64,000 nt of DNA from Malacoraja senta (GCA_038087875.1 JAXLNO010002060.1:1-64000); one strand, 5' to 3'. Positions 1 to 10,252 are shown, counted from the first letter of the stretch. Notes: generated from the letters alone by a model not told the origin. Translations and numbers: made by a program.

Positions 1-207
1 TGTGTAGATATATATGTAACGGTTAAACTAACAATGTCCCAGTTTTTTTCTCTCCACTCCTCCTCCCCTCCTCCTTTCTCGTTCCCCCTCTCCACCCAGC
101 TCGGACGGAGGACGGGCCAAAACACCGCTTAAAAAAAAACTAGAGCTCGGATCGGAAAAAATGAATTAAATCTAAAACGATTGAAAGAAGAGAGAGAGAA
201 CGAAACG

Positions 208-590
208 CTAAAAGAAAAAGAGATGCAGACCATCAGGCCCTGGGGATTTATCAGCCTTCAGTCCCATCAGTCTATCCAACACCATTTCCTGCCTAATGTG
301 GATTTCCTTCAGTTCCTCCATCACCCCAGAACCTTTGGCCACTACTATATCAGGAAGATTGTTTGTGTCCTCCTTAGTGAAGACGGATCCAAAGTACCTG
401 TTCAACCCATCTGCCATTTCCTTGTTCCCCATAATAAATTCACCTGTTTCGGTCTTCAAGGGTCCAACTTTGGTCTTAACTCATTTTTGCCTCATCACAT
501 CCCTAAAGAAGCTTTTACTGTCCTGCTTTATATTCTTGGCTAGGTTACCTTCGTACCTCAACTTTTCTCCCCATATTGTCTTTTTAGTTA
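208..590 (-). mobile_element. CR1-type LINE ORF2 fragment
   Basis: KTETGEFIMGNKEMADGLNRYFGSVFTKED...LKADKSPGPDGLH, typical CR1 ORF2 linker/RT start. Confidence 0.85.
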
Positions 591-723
591 NNNNNNNNNN
601 NNNNNNNNNNNNNNNNNNNNNNNNNNNNNNNNNNNNNNNNNNNNNNNNNNNNNNNNNNNNNNNNNNNNNNNNNNNNNNNNNNNNNNNNNNNNNNNNNNNN
701 NNNNNNNNNNNNNNNNNNNNNNN
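591..723. other. Assembly gap (others: 19955-20161, 23061-23315, 25133-25354, 49756-49892)
   Basis: Runs of N, mostly flanked by tandem repeats. Confidence 0.99.
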
Positions 724-925
724 GAGAAAGAGAGAGAGAGAGGGGGAGAGGAGAGAGAGAGGGAGAGAGGAGAGAGAGGGAGAGAGAGAGAGTGGGAGAG
801 GAGAGAGGGAGAGAGTGGGGGAGAGAAAGAGAGGGAGAGAAAGAGAGAGAGAGAAGGAGAGAGAGAGAGGGAGAGAAGGAGAGCGAGAGGGTGTGAGATA
901 GAGAGGGAGGGAGAGAGAGGCGGAG
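724..925. repeat. GA-rich microsatellite
   Basis: (GA)n/GGGAGA low-complexity run next to an N-gap. Confidence 0.9.
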
Positions 926-1234
926 GGAGATCTTGGATCTAGAACACAAAGTCCTGGAGATCCTGATCTAGCACCAGTTTCCAGAACAGGTCCTCGGACA
1001 TCACCTGTTGCTAAGGGGAGGTGGGGGACCTCTGATTGGTCGCTGTGTACCCCCCATACAGCATCATCTGTTTCCGGGGGGAAGGGGGCAACTGATTGGC
1101 CGAAGGGGAAGCGGACGATCCGATCCGATTGGCTGCCGCACCCCATCGTGATGTCACCTGTTGCCAGGTGGGTGGGGGAGCCCGGAGCGGAGAGACTGTG
1201 CCCGCCCGCCCACCCGCCTCTGGGATGGATGCGC

Positions 1235-1910
1235 TCAGGGCGGGGATTTATTCATGAGCAGAAGCACTGAGGTGAGCGGATATTTCACCGCGCTCTTCAC
1301 CTGCTCCCTGAACTTGGACTGGGTCACCGCGTAAATAAATGTGTTGGTGCAGCAGCTGAGATTCCTCAGCAAATACCCGACGTAGTTAAAGATATATTGA
1401 GAATCATTCAGATCATTTCCAACTCCTGTGATCTGATAATAGACGAATTCTACAACATTCGTCAGCCACAGGAGGATGAAGCTGCCGGAGATGGTGAACA
1501 GTAAAACCATAGACCTCCTCCTGCTCTCCATCTCCGGGTCACTGCGGTTCTCCCCCTTGCTCTCACCCCTCAGCCCCTTACGGACCCGACTGGCCACTAA
1601 AATGTGGCGGACAGTCAGAGCGTTGAGCAGCAGGATTACAGCGAAAGGGAGGAACGGAGTTAAAACCGTGTCGATCCAGTCAAATGCCACCCACCCGGGG
1701 TCAGTGTAATAACTGGCCACTATGGCACAGCCCCACGGGACATTGTCGATGATATACCAGGGTTCCCGTGTGAAGTAGCGGGGAATGTTTTTCACACAGA
1801 ACAGAACGCCGGCTGTTACCAGAACCACAGCCGCAGTTTTCCCGGTGCAATATTTAGTTTTCAGCTTCTGGCAACAAATGGCGACAAAGCGATCAAAGGT
1901 GAAAGTGACG
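1235..1910 (-). CDS. GPCR exon 2, 3' piece (TM3 DRF motif to C-terminus)
   Basis: ORF track 1235-1927: VTFTFDRFVAICCQKLKTKYCT...WIDTVLTPFLPF...SFILLWLT...CCTNTFIY; stop at 1237-1235. Confidence 0.93.
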
Positions 1911-2101
1911 ACTTCCGGTTGCGACATGCTCTGCTAGCAGTCGCAAACTTTTTAGCTCCGCTGAAAAAATCGCGATTTTTCGCGTTAAAATCGGGTCTGG
2001 AGGTCGGGACCGTTTTTAAAAACTTACCGGAGCTTCATGTCGCGGTGCTGATGACGTCATCAGTAAGCGCCGCGATTTTAACGGAGGGAAAGTCATTTTA
2101 A

Positions 2102-3097
2102 ATGAAAAGTACATCTCCAGGTCAGAGCCCACAGAGGAAAATCTCAAAACATCTGCTAAAGACTCTGGAACAGCAAGAAACTTCAGAACTGACCTCTGGA
2201 GAGGTCTCTGGAATGGCTACTCGATCTGCAAAAGAGAAAACCGAAATGGAGGACTTAAGAAACTCGGTAAGAGATATCAAAAATGATATGGAAGCTGGGA
2301 ACAGTAAATTGATAGCCGGTAATGATAAAATACTTGAGGGTATTGAGGCTCTCCAAAAAAGAATTGAAGGTGTGGAAAAAGGACTATCGATAAAAATTGA
2401 AAAGGTGGCAGAAGAGACCACAAAGATGTTTGAGGCTGTGCACGAAACTGTGGCTGCAAATGCATCTGCAGTGAATGATTTGGAAGCTGCTGTGGAAGTG
2501 ATGGCTGGAGAGATGCAGACTATGAAGTCAGAAATAGATAGTCTCAAGAACCAAGTCACAAAGGTTTCGAATAAATGTGTTGACCTAGAAGCTCGCTCAA
2601 GACGTCAAAATATAAGAATACGTGGTGTAAAAGAGGGAGCTGAGGGGGACAATGTTTGTGAGTTCGCTGCCAACCTAATTAAACACGTACTGAAGCTACC
2701 AGAAGTACCTGTAATTGAAGTAGCACATCGACTCCCCAGATTTAAATCAAGATCTCAAGGAGAACGTGCCTACCCACGACAGATCATAATTAAACTTCGG
2801 GATATCTCAACAATGGAAGCGCTGATGAAAAAAATCAACCACGGAGAGAAGATGATGTACAGAGGTGATACTATTAAACTCCTACGGGACTACCCTTATG
2901 AGATTGAGCAAAAGAGAAGAAAGTTCTCACAGACCAGAGAAGTTCTTTATGGTGTTAAGGGAGTTTTGTGTGGAGTGTTTTACCCGGCTAGAATGCGTAT
3001 CACCTTTGAGGGAGTGTCAAAAACATTCACTAATTCGGATGAATCTCTCAAATACGCTCAAGAAATCGCGACTAAGGCTGCATCAACTGGAGACTGA
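2102..3097 (+). CDS. L1-A ORF1p (coiled coil + RRM/CTD), 331 aa
   Basis: Heptad-rich N-half, then DLEARSRRQNIRIRGVKEG, HR, RQIIIKL, RDYP and YPARMRI motifs typical of L1 ORF1p. Confidence 0.95.
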   Translation: MKSTSPGQSPQRKISKHLLKTLEQQETSELTSGEVSGMATRSAKEKTEMEDLRNSVRDIKNDMEAGNSKLIAGNDKILEGIEALQKRIEGVEKGLSIKIEKVAEETTKMFEAVHETVAANASAVNDLEAAVEVMAGEMQTMKSEIDSLKNQVTKVSNKCVDLEARSRRQNIRIRGVKEGAEGDNVCEFAANLIKHVLKLPEVPVIEVAHRLPRFKSRSQGERAYPRQIIIKLRDISTMEALMKKINHGEKMMYRGDTIKLLRDYPYEIEQKRRKFSQTREVLYGVKGVLCGVFYPARMRITFEGVSKTFTNSDESLKYAQEIATKAASTGD

Positions 3098-4316
3098 AAA
3101 CCAAGACGACATGAACAAATGAACTTGCTTATTCTTCCAACAAGAATATCACAAGGAAAGTGAATTAACTGAACACTGATTTTTTATTTTTTATTTGACT
3201 TCAAGCAACAGATTCTTAGTGAGACGTGGCTAGACATTATTATCTTCGCTGGAACATTGTGCTATGTAATTCAAGGACACTACGTGCTCAAACGAGGAAA
3301 ACCTGATAACGGGACGAACTGCTGGGCTGAGAGTGAAAAACATCACATGGCTTATATTGTTTATAAAAAACTGAAAAAACTGAGAACTAATAATAATTAA
3401 CAATTAACAATACTAATATAGAAATAGCAATTGAAATAGATAAAAAATGTGCAGTCTGCTCTGTTTAGCAGATAACAGCAAGTGCTATGCAGCTCGAGAG
3501 TGGAGGGAGGGGGAGACCGGGTACCTGGCATAACTCCAGGAGCCAGACTCCCGTTAACCCTTCCAGCGAACAGCTCATTTTTAACAATATTAAAATCAAT
3601 TTAAAATAGTTAAGAGATAATATACACTCGAGGTTGATATGAAAAATATATACGGCTTATATAGTTTTACAAAATGCTGAGAATTAATCATAATTAATAA
3701 TTAACAATACTAATATAGAAATAATATTTGAAACTGATAAAACTGTGGTGCCTGCGTCATAACGCAGACAGCAGTTATCACCTATGTTCGCAGCTCGTGG
3801 AGAGGAGAAGAGATCAGGCACCTGGCACAATTCCAGGAACCTGACTCCGGTTAATCCACTCAGTAAACCGCTCACTTTAACAATACTAAATTCATTTTAA
3901 AATAGTTAAGAGATAAAGAGTGAGTAGGATATGGAATCGAATACATTTGACATATATATAAATTGTAACTGGGTGAAATAGAACTGAATTGGAAACGGTA
4001 ATGACCCCATAGATTTTGGGTAATAAATACAGCGGGGCTAACTTTATACCAACTACGCCGGAAGCGTTATGGATGTCGTACCCCACAGACGAGTGGGCCA
4101 CTCACTACGGTGTTGAAATTTTAGACACCGTAAATTTATTTGATTTATATATATATTTTTTTTTAATCACAATATGTCACATCTGTGTGTTTTTTCTTCA
4201 AGGACAATCGCGCAGGAGAACTACCAAGGAAGTCTATAATAGAAATACTCCCAAAATAACCAGAGTCCGGAGGTATGAACGCACCACAATAATTAAGGTC
4301 ATTAAAATTGGTAAAA

Positions 4317-7300
4317 ATGCATGACGACAATCAAAAGAAAATAGGAGGAATCACATTATGTAGTTGGAATATAAGGGGGATTAATGAACCTATTAAAAGG
4401 GGCAAGATACTAGCTCAGTTGAAATCATACAACACGGACATAGCGTTTCTACAGGAAACACATCTTAAACAGCAAGATCAGACAAGACTGAGGGCGAACT
4501 GGATAGGCCAAACATTTCACTCTTCATTTACCTCCAAATCTAGAGGTACTGCAATTATTATTCGTAAAGGAATTCCATTTAAATCAAAGAACACTATTTT
4601 AGATAAGGAAGGGAGATATCTTATAGTAGCAGGGGAGATCAATAATATGCCAATTACGCTGGTAAACATATATGCGCCCAACTTTGATAACCCTCAATTT
4701 TTTAATAAAATTCTGAATATAATTGCAGAATCTAATTATCAAAATGTTATAATCGGAGGAGATTTTAATTGTGTTTTAGATCCTTATTTAGATAAATCGA
4801 TGCAAAAACAAAAAGGTCAGACGAAATCTAAAACCAGTGAACTCTTACACACATATATGGAAAACACAAATATAACAGATGTATGGAGGATTGCAAACCC
4901 GACGGGAAGGGATTACTCGTTTTATTCAATGGTGCATAAAACATATTCACGGATAGACTATTTTCTAGTGGATACAAAATTAATTTCGCAATCTCTGAAT
5001 CCTAAATATCATATTAATGCGATCTCAGATCATTCTCCGTTAACTTTTGTTCTAAAACTAGAAGGAATGTCTATGAATAAACCGTTCTGGAGGTTTAACT
5101 CACAAATTTTAAAAGACCCTCAAGGGAGTATCTATCTAAAAAAACAGATGGATCTATTTTTTGAGTTAAATGATACACCAGAGATATCCCCCACGTTATT
5201 ATGGGAATCCTTCAAAGCATTTATAAGAGGAGTCATTATTTCATTTCAAGCTTATCAAAATAAAAAGAATAAGAATGAACAAAGACACTTAGAAGATCAA
5301 ATAAAACAGTTAGATATAGATAATGCTAAAGACCCAACTATGGATAAACATAATAAAATACTACTACTGAAATTTCAGTTAAATAAATTACTGTCAGAGA
5401 AAGTTATAACATTATTTCAAATCACAAAACAAGAACACTTCGAATTCGGGGACAAACCCCACAAACTTCTAGCACGACAACTTAAAAAACGGGAAAAAGA
5501 GAATGCAATATTAAAGATTAAATCAGATAGAGGGGAAGTATTAACACTACCCAAGGATATTAATAAAAGATTTGCTCAATTTTACCAGAATCTATACACA
5601 TCTAAAACGTCAATAGACAATAATAAAATCTCAGAATTTTTAGATAATTGTAATCTACCACAATTAGAACGCAGGGAACAAGAGGAACTGGGAGCACAAA
5701 TTACTTCTAAGGAGATAGAAGACACAATAAAAACACTAAAAAATGGAAAAACACCAGGACCAGACGGATTCAGTAATGAATTTTATAAATCTTTTTATGA
5801 TATAGTTACTCCACGATTACAAAAAATGTATACATATGCTTATAAAGAGCAAAACCTACCTGAAACACTAGCGGAATCAACGATCATATTAATACTTAAA
5901 AAAGATAAAAATATAGAAGAACCAGGATCATATAGAGCTATTGCTTTGTTAAATACGGATCAGAAAATAATAGCAAAAACATTAGCCAATAGATTAAGCA
6001 AGTATGTTAGTAGACTAATACATGAGGATCAAACAGGATTTATACCTAAGAGACACTCATTTAATAATTTGAGACGTTTGCTTAACATAATGCATTCACA
6101 TAAATCTTATGACCAAGAGTTAGCTATCATCTCACTGGACGCAGAAAAAGCGTTTGATCAAGTAGAATGGGACTATATGATCAAAGTATTGCAAAAATTC
6201 CAATTGGGAGAAAACTTTATTGCATGGATAAAACTACTATATAACAAACCTACGGCTAGAATACTAACTAATAATATATTATCTTCAAAATTCGAATTAT
6301 CTAGGGGCAACAGACAAGGATGTTCACTATCACCGCTGTTATTTGCTTTGGTAATTGAACCCCTTGCTGAAAAAATAAGAACACACTCGAATATTCACGG
6401 TTATAACACAAAATATTCAAACAACAAACTATCCCTATATGCTGATGATGTACTACTGTACATCACAAAACCACAAATTAGTATACCAAATATATTAAAC
6501 TTAATTGAGGACTTTGGATCCTTTTCAGGATATAGAATAAATTGGAACAAAAGTGAAATTATGTCGATTAAACCAAAAGACTCAACACATCTCAGGAAAT
6601 TCCCTTTTAAAATAGCTATGGAAAAATTCAAATATTTAGGAATTGAGATTACTAGAAATTACCATGATATGTTTAAAGCTAATTATAATCCCCTACTTAA
6701 GAAATTAAATAATCTGATTAAATTTTGGAAAACACTTCCGATGTCCTTAATAGGTAGGATAAATGCTATAAAAATGATTTTCTTACCACAAATCCTTTAC
6801 CTATTTCAATCAATACCTATATATCTCCCAAAAAAGTTTTTCAAAAAACTGGACTCAGACATTACAAATTTTATATGGGATTACAAATCCCACAGAATAC
6901 AAAGAACACACCTTAACAAACGAAAAGAGTTGGGGGGTCTAGCGCTCCCTAACTTTATGTATTATAACTGGGCAGTAAATATTAAAAATATGATTCACCT
7001 GCTGGACAATTCTGCCCAGCAGGTGGACTGGATTATAATGGAAAAAGGGGATTGCTCCCCGAATAATATAGGAGCGATTATTCTCTCTCCAATAAATTTG
7101 AATAATAAAAATTATAATAAAAATCCAATTATATATAGCACTATTAGAACATGGAAGCAAATAAAACAGAATCTAAAATTAAGAAACCTATCTCTCTTAA
7201 TACCAATAGTCAATAACCCATCGTTTAAACCTTCAATCATAGATAAAGCATTTATACAATGGGAAAGAATGGGAATTAAAACGCTCGAAGATCTGTATGA

Positions 7301-8108
7301 ATTAGAAAAATTACTATCATTCCAACAACTACAACTGAAATATAATTTGAAAAATAATCAATATTTTAAATATATACAAATCTGTGACTATTTGAAAACA
7401 CACACAAAAGATTATTATAATATGCCTTCCGACTTACTAGATGAAGCAATGAAGACAAAGGCGGAATCAGTTAATTTAATATCATACTTATATAATATCA
7501 TCTTAAATATAGAAATACCCACAACAGATGGAATTAGAAGAGATTGGGAACAAGATCTAGGTATAAAAATTTCAAAAGAGAGTTGGGATAATCATTTATT
7601 ACAGGTGCATAAATGCTCGATCAACGTACGACATACGCTTATCCAATTTAAAACATTACATAGATTATATTATTCAAAAACCAAACTAAATAAAATCTTT
7701 CCTAACGTCTCACCAATCTGTGATAAATGTATATGTCAAGAAGCTACCATAGCACATTCTTTTGTTTTTTGTACAAAAATCCAAAAATTCTGGTTTGAAA
7801 TATTTGATATTTTTTCAAAATTAATCAAAATAAAACTGGTACCAAAACCAGAATGGATTATTTTTGGAATATCGGAAGGTATTCCTGAATTAAACGTGTA
7901 TCAGAAGAATTTACTCAATTATGGGCTAATAATGGGAAAAAAGCTTATACTTAAATTCTGGAAAAATGCGCCCACACCAACAATAAAAATGTGGACATCA
8001 AATATGTTGGAAACATTACATCTGGAAGAGATGAGATTCCTCCTAGTAGGCAAAGTAGATCAATTTCAAAAGACGTGGTCTACGTTTTTGGACCTATTAC
8101 AAGCATGA
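4317..8108 (+). CDS. L1-A ORF2p (APE endonuclease + reverse transcriptase + C-terminal Cys-rich region), 1263 aa
   Basis: SWNIRG, LQETH, GGDFN, SRIDY, SDH (EN); PGPDG, SLDAEKAFD, QGCSLSP, YADD (RT); CDKC...HSFVFC (C-terminal). No stops. Confidence 0.97.
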   Translation: MHDDNQKKIGGITLCSWNIRGINEPIKRGKILAQLKSYNTDIAFLQETHLKQQDQTRLRANWIGQTFHSSFTSKSRGTAIIIRKGIPFKSKNTILDKEGRYLIVAGEINNMPITLVNIYAPNFDNPQFFNKILNIIAESNYQNVIIGGDFNCVLDPYLDKSMQKQKGQTKSKTSELLHTYMENTNITDVWRIANPTGRDYSFYSMVHKTYSRIDYFLVDTKLISQSLNPKYHINAISDHSPLTFVLKLEGMSMNKPFWRFNSQILKDPQGSIYLKKQMDLFFELNDTPEISPTLLWESFKAFIRGVIISFQAYQNKKNKNEQRHLEDQIKQLDIDNAKDPTMDKHNKILLLKFQLNKLLSEKVITLFQITKQEHFEFGDKPHKLLARQLKKREKENAILKIKSDRGEVLTLPKDINKRFAQFYQNLYTSKTSIDNNKISEFLDNCNLPQLERREQEELGAQITSKEIEDTIKTLKNGKTPGPDGFSNEFYKSFYDIVTPRLQKMYTYAYKEQNLPETLAESTIILILKKDKNIEEPGSYRAIALLNTDQKIIAKTLANRLSKYVSRLIHEDQTGFIPKRHSFNNLRRLLNIMHSHKSYDQELAIISLDAEKAFDQVEWDYMIKVLQKFQLGENFIAWIKLLYNKPTARILTNNILSSKFELSRGNRQGCSLSPLLFALVIEPLAEKIRTHSNIHGYNTKYSNNKLSLYADDVLLYITKPQISIPNILNLIEDFGSFSGYRINWNKSEIMSIKPKDSTHLRKFPFKIAMEKFKYLGIEITRNYHDMFKANYNPLLKKLNNLIKFWKTLPMSLIGRINAIKMIFLPQILYLFQSIPIYLPKKFFKKLDSDITNFIWDYKSHRIQRTHLNKRKELGGLALPNFMYYNWAVNIKNMIHLLDNSAQQVDWIIMEKGDCSPNNIGAIILSPINLNNKNYNKNPIIYSTIRTWKQIKQNLKLRNLSLLIPIVNNPSFKPSIIDKAFIQWERMGIKTLEDLYELEKLLSFQQLQLKYNLKNNQYFKYIQICDYLKTHTKDYYNMPSDLLDEAMKTKAESVNLISYLYNIILNIEIPTTDGIRRDWEQDLGIKISKESWDNHLLQVHKCSINVRHTLIQFKTLHRLYYSKTKLNKIFPNVSPICDKCICQEATIAHSFVFCTKIQKFWFEIFDIFSKLIKIKLVPKPEWIIFGISEGIPELNVYQKNLLNYGLIMGKKLILKFWKNAPTPTIKMWTSNMLETLHLEEMRFLLVGKVDQFQKTWSTFLDLLQA

Positions 8109-8504
8109 GGTGCAATAGTAATTTAGAAAAACAAATAAATAAATAAAAGGTATCTGGACCTGGTAATGGGAGGTAAAATAAAAATAGACTTGGTTGGTAG
8201 TTCCTTCTCTATGAAGTATGGTATAAGAGTTATAATAGAGCGATTGTTCCTTCTTTCTTTCTCTTTTTTTTCTAGGGTCTATTTTCTAACTTTACTTCCT
8301 TCTCTAACCTCTTTTCTAAGGGGCTTTCTTTTCCCAACACTCTTTTGCACTTCACAACCTTTGCGCACTTTCTTCACTTTTCTTACTTCTTTCTTTTTCT
8401 TTCTTAAAGTTTAAAAAAGTGAAGCGGTACAAAAAATGTATTAATATATACGTGTTGTACATTACTGTAATCTACCGTACTTCTAAAAAATAAAAAAAAA
8501 TAAA

Positions 8505-8752
8505 AAAGGTGAAAGTGACGGTGAACCAGACAGAACAGTCTGTAGCTGCAGACTTCAGTACATCGTTAACACTACACACAGGGGTGATGGACAGGACACT
8601 CCATATAAAGTAATGATATCGGATCCAATACAAAATGACCTCGGTGATGGCGACCAGTAGATCGGCCGCTGCCATGGCCACCAGGTAGCGAGTGGTGCAG
8701 GTGGAGAGGCCACACTTTCCCCGGGACAGGATCACAATCGCCACTAAATTCA
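8505..8752 (-). CDS. GPCR exon 2, 5' piece (TM1 end to TM3)
   Basis: Acceptor TTTCCGCAG|TG; translates NLVAIVILSRGKCGLSTCTTRYLVAMAAADLLV...CSVWFTVTFTF. Confidence 0.92.
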
Positions 8753-9599
8753 CTGCGGAAAGACAAGGGAACGGACACTGGGCATTTACTCAACACGGTC
8801 TCCGGGGCTGAACACCGGCTCGACTTTCAGCTCAAGATCAGGAATGTTGGAGTCGGTGCGCGGCTGCTGCAAGTTTAACAATGTCAGAGCCGGCTCCGAC
8901 TGTGCCCGACCTGCCTGCCTGCTTCAGGGGACAAGAGATAAGGTGACGGGCGGGTGGGGTAAACGGCGGGGAGGGAACGAGTAGCCACCCACCCGCTACA
9001 ATAGGCGTAATGGTCCTTTCTATAGTGAACCCTGCTGCTGCTCACAGTCTGTGATGGGGCCGCTTTCACAGACTTAACCGTGAGCGGCCGGCCGCGTTTA
9101 ACCAGGGCTCTGGGAACTCGGCATCTGATGGGGACGAGGAGGGAGGCTTCCAGAGGGAAGGCAGGGACAACATGGAATCCGGCAGCAGAGTGGCTCCGTT
9201 AATGGATTCATTCCACAGTGAGTTCAGTAGACAACAGGTGCAGGAGGAGGCCATTTGGCCCTTCGAGCCAGCACCGCCATTCAATGTGATCATGGCTGAT
9301 CATCCCCAATCAGTACCCCGTTCCTGCCTTCTCCCCATATCCCCTGACTCCGCTATTTTTAAGAGCCCTATCTACTCTCTTTTGAAAGCATCCAGAGAAC
9401 CTGCCTCCACCGCCCTCTGAGACAGAGAATTCCACACTCACCACTCATCACTCTCAAGCTTCCACTGAGGTTATCCCAATGGCTTCTTGATGCAAACTAC
9501 TTCATCTATTGCATTATCCCCAAACTCTGCCCTTCCAGAACCAGGTTAGCATTCAGCACAGATAAGGGAAATTATTCAGAAAAGACTTTACACAAGAGT

Positions 9600-9798
9600 A
9601 GACAAAAGTGCTGGAGAAACTCAGCGGGTGAGGCAGCATCTATGGAACGAAGGAAACAGGTAACGTTTCGGGCCGAAACCCTTCTTCAGACTGGAAATAG
9701 TTACCTATTTCCTTCGCTCCATAGATGCTGCCTCACCCGCTGAGTTTCTCCAGCATTGTCTACCTTCGATTTCCAGCACCTGCAGTTCCTTCTTAAAC
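9600..9798 (-). mobile_element. Penelope-derived fold-back unit with 15-bp flanking direct repeat
   Basis: Inverted arms ~9601-9664 / ~9700-9762; ACTTTACACAAGAGT at 9585-9599 and 9799-9813; sequence matches the Penelope 3' terminal repeat seen at 60250-60380. Confidence 0.7.
9660..9693 (-). ncRNA. Minimal type I hammerhead ribozyme motif (Penelope-type)
   Basis: Minus strand CAGU-CUGAAGA-A-GGGUUUCGGCCC-GAAAC-GUU-ACCUG: core CUGANGA, stem II, GAAA, minimal stem III, GUH triplet. Confidence 0.6.
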
Positions 9799-9829
9799 AC
9801 TTTACACAAGAGTGCAGCTCGTAGGAGCA

Positions 9830-10075
9830 GAATTAGGCCATTCGGCCCATCATGTCTACTCCGCCATTCTATCATGGCCGATCTATCTTTCCCTCTCAAC
9901 CCCGTTCTCTTGCCTTCTCCCCGTAACCCCCCGACACCCGCACTAAACAAGAATCTATCACTCTCCGCCTTAAAACTATCCATTGACTTGGCCTCCACCC
10001 CCGTCTGCGGCAATGAATTCCACAGATTCACCACCTTCTGTCTAAAGAAATTCCTCCTCATCTCCTTTCTAAAGG
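9830..10075 (-). mobile_element. CR1 3' end fragment
   Basis: Reverse complement of the recurring CR1 3' UTR (CAGAAGGTGGTGAATCTGTGGAATTC...GGCCTAATTCTGCTCC). Confidence 0.75.
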
Positions 10076-10252
10076 TAAAGGTAAAGCTGGGGAAGAATGC
10101 ACTACAATGGCCACCATATCCAATATCCCTGATATTCCTCTTTCTCTCCCTCCCCACACAAGGTGCCCTTCACACTCCCCTCCTGAAGCAGAGGCCAATT
10201 GTTGCAAATGAGATTCCACCCCTTCTGGTCCTGAAGGTCGACGCAGAAAGCG

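Larger units (their letters stand above)
1911..8504 (+). mobile_element. L1-A: full-length, apparently intact LINE-1 (about 6.6 kb)
   Basis: 16-bp TSD AAAGGTGAAAGTGACG at 1895-1910 and 8505-8520; 5' end ACTTCCGG; intact ORF1 and ORF2; 1.2-kb spacer; pyrimidine-rich 3' UTR; A-rich tail. Confidence 0.97.

Noticed and set aside
296-1146. ORFs spanning N-gaps and GA/CA microsatellites (also 19696-20360, 22919-23434, 24551-25855)
   Set aside because: Artefacts of translating through Ns and low-complexity DNA.
2122-2559. Antisense 145-aa ORFs over ORF1 in both L1-A and L1-B (11407-11844)
   Set aside because: Codon-aligned shadow frames of charged coiled-coil sequence; one starts at GTG, the starts are not homologous, and equal length appears coincidental.
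3098-4202. Idea that the L1 spacer is an intron splicing ORF1 onto the small ORF
   Set aside because: Pyrimidine-AG sites exist in all three L1s but fall in different phases (1, 2, 0), and I found no conserved matching donor near the ORF1 ends.
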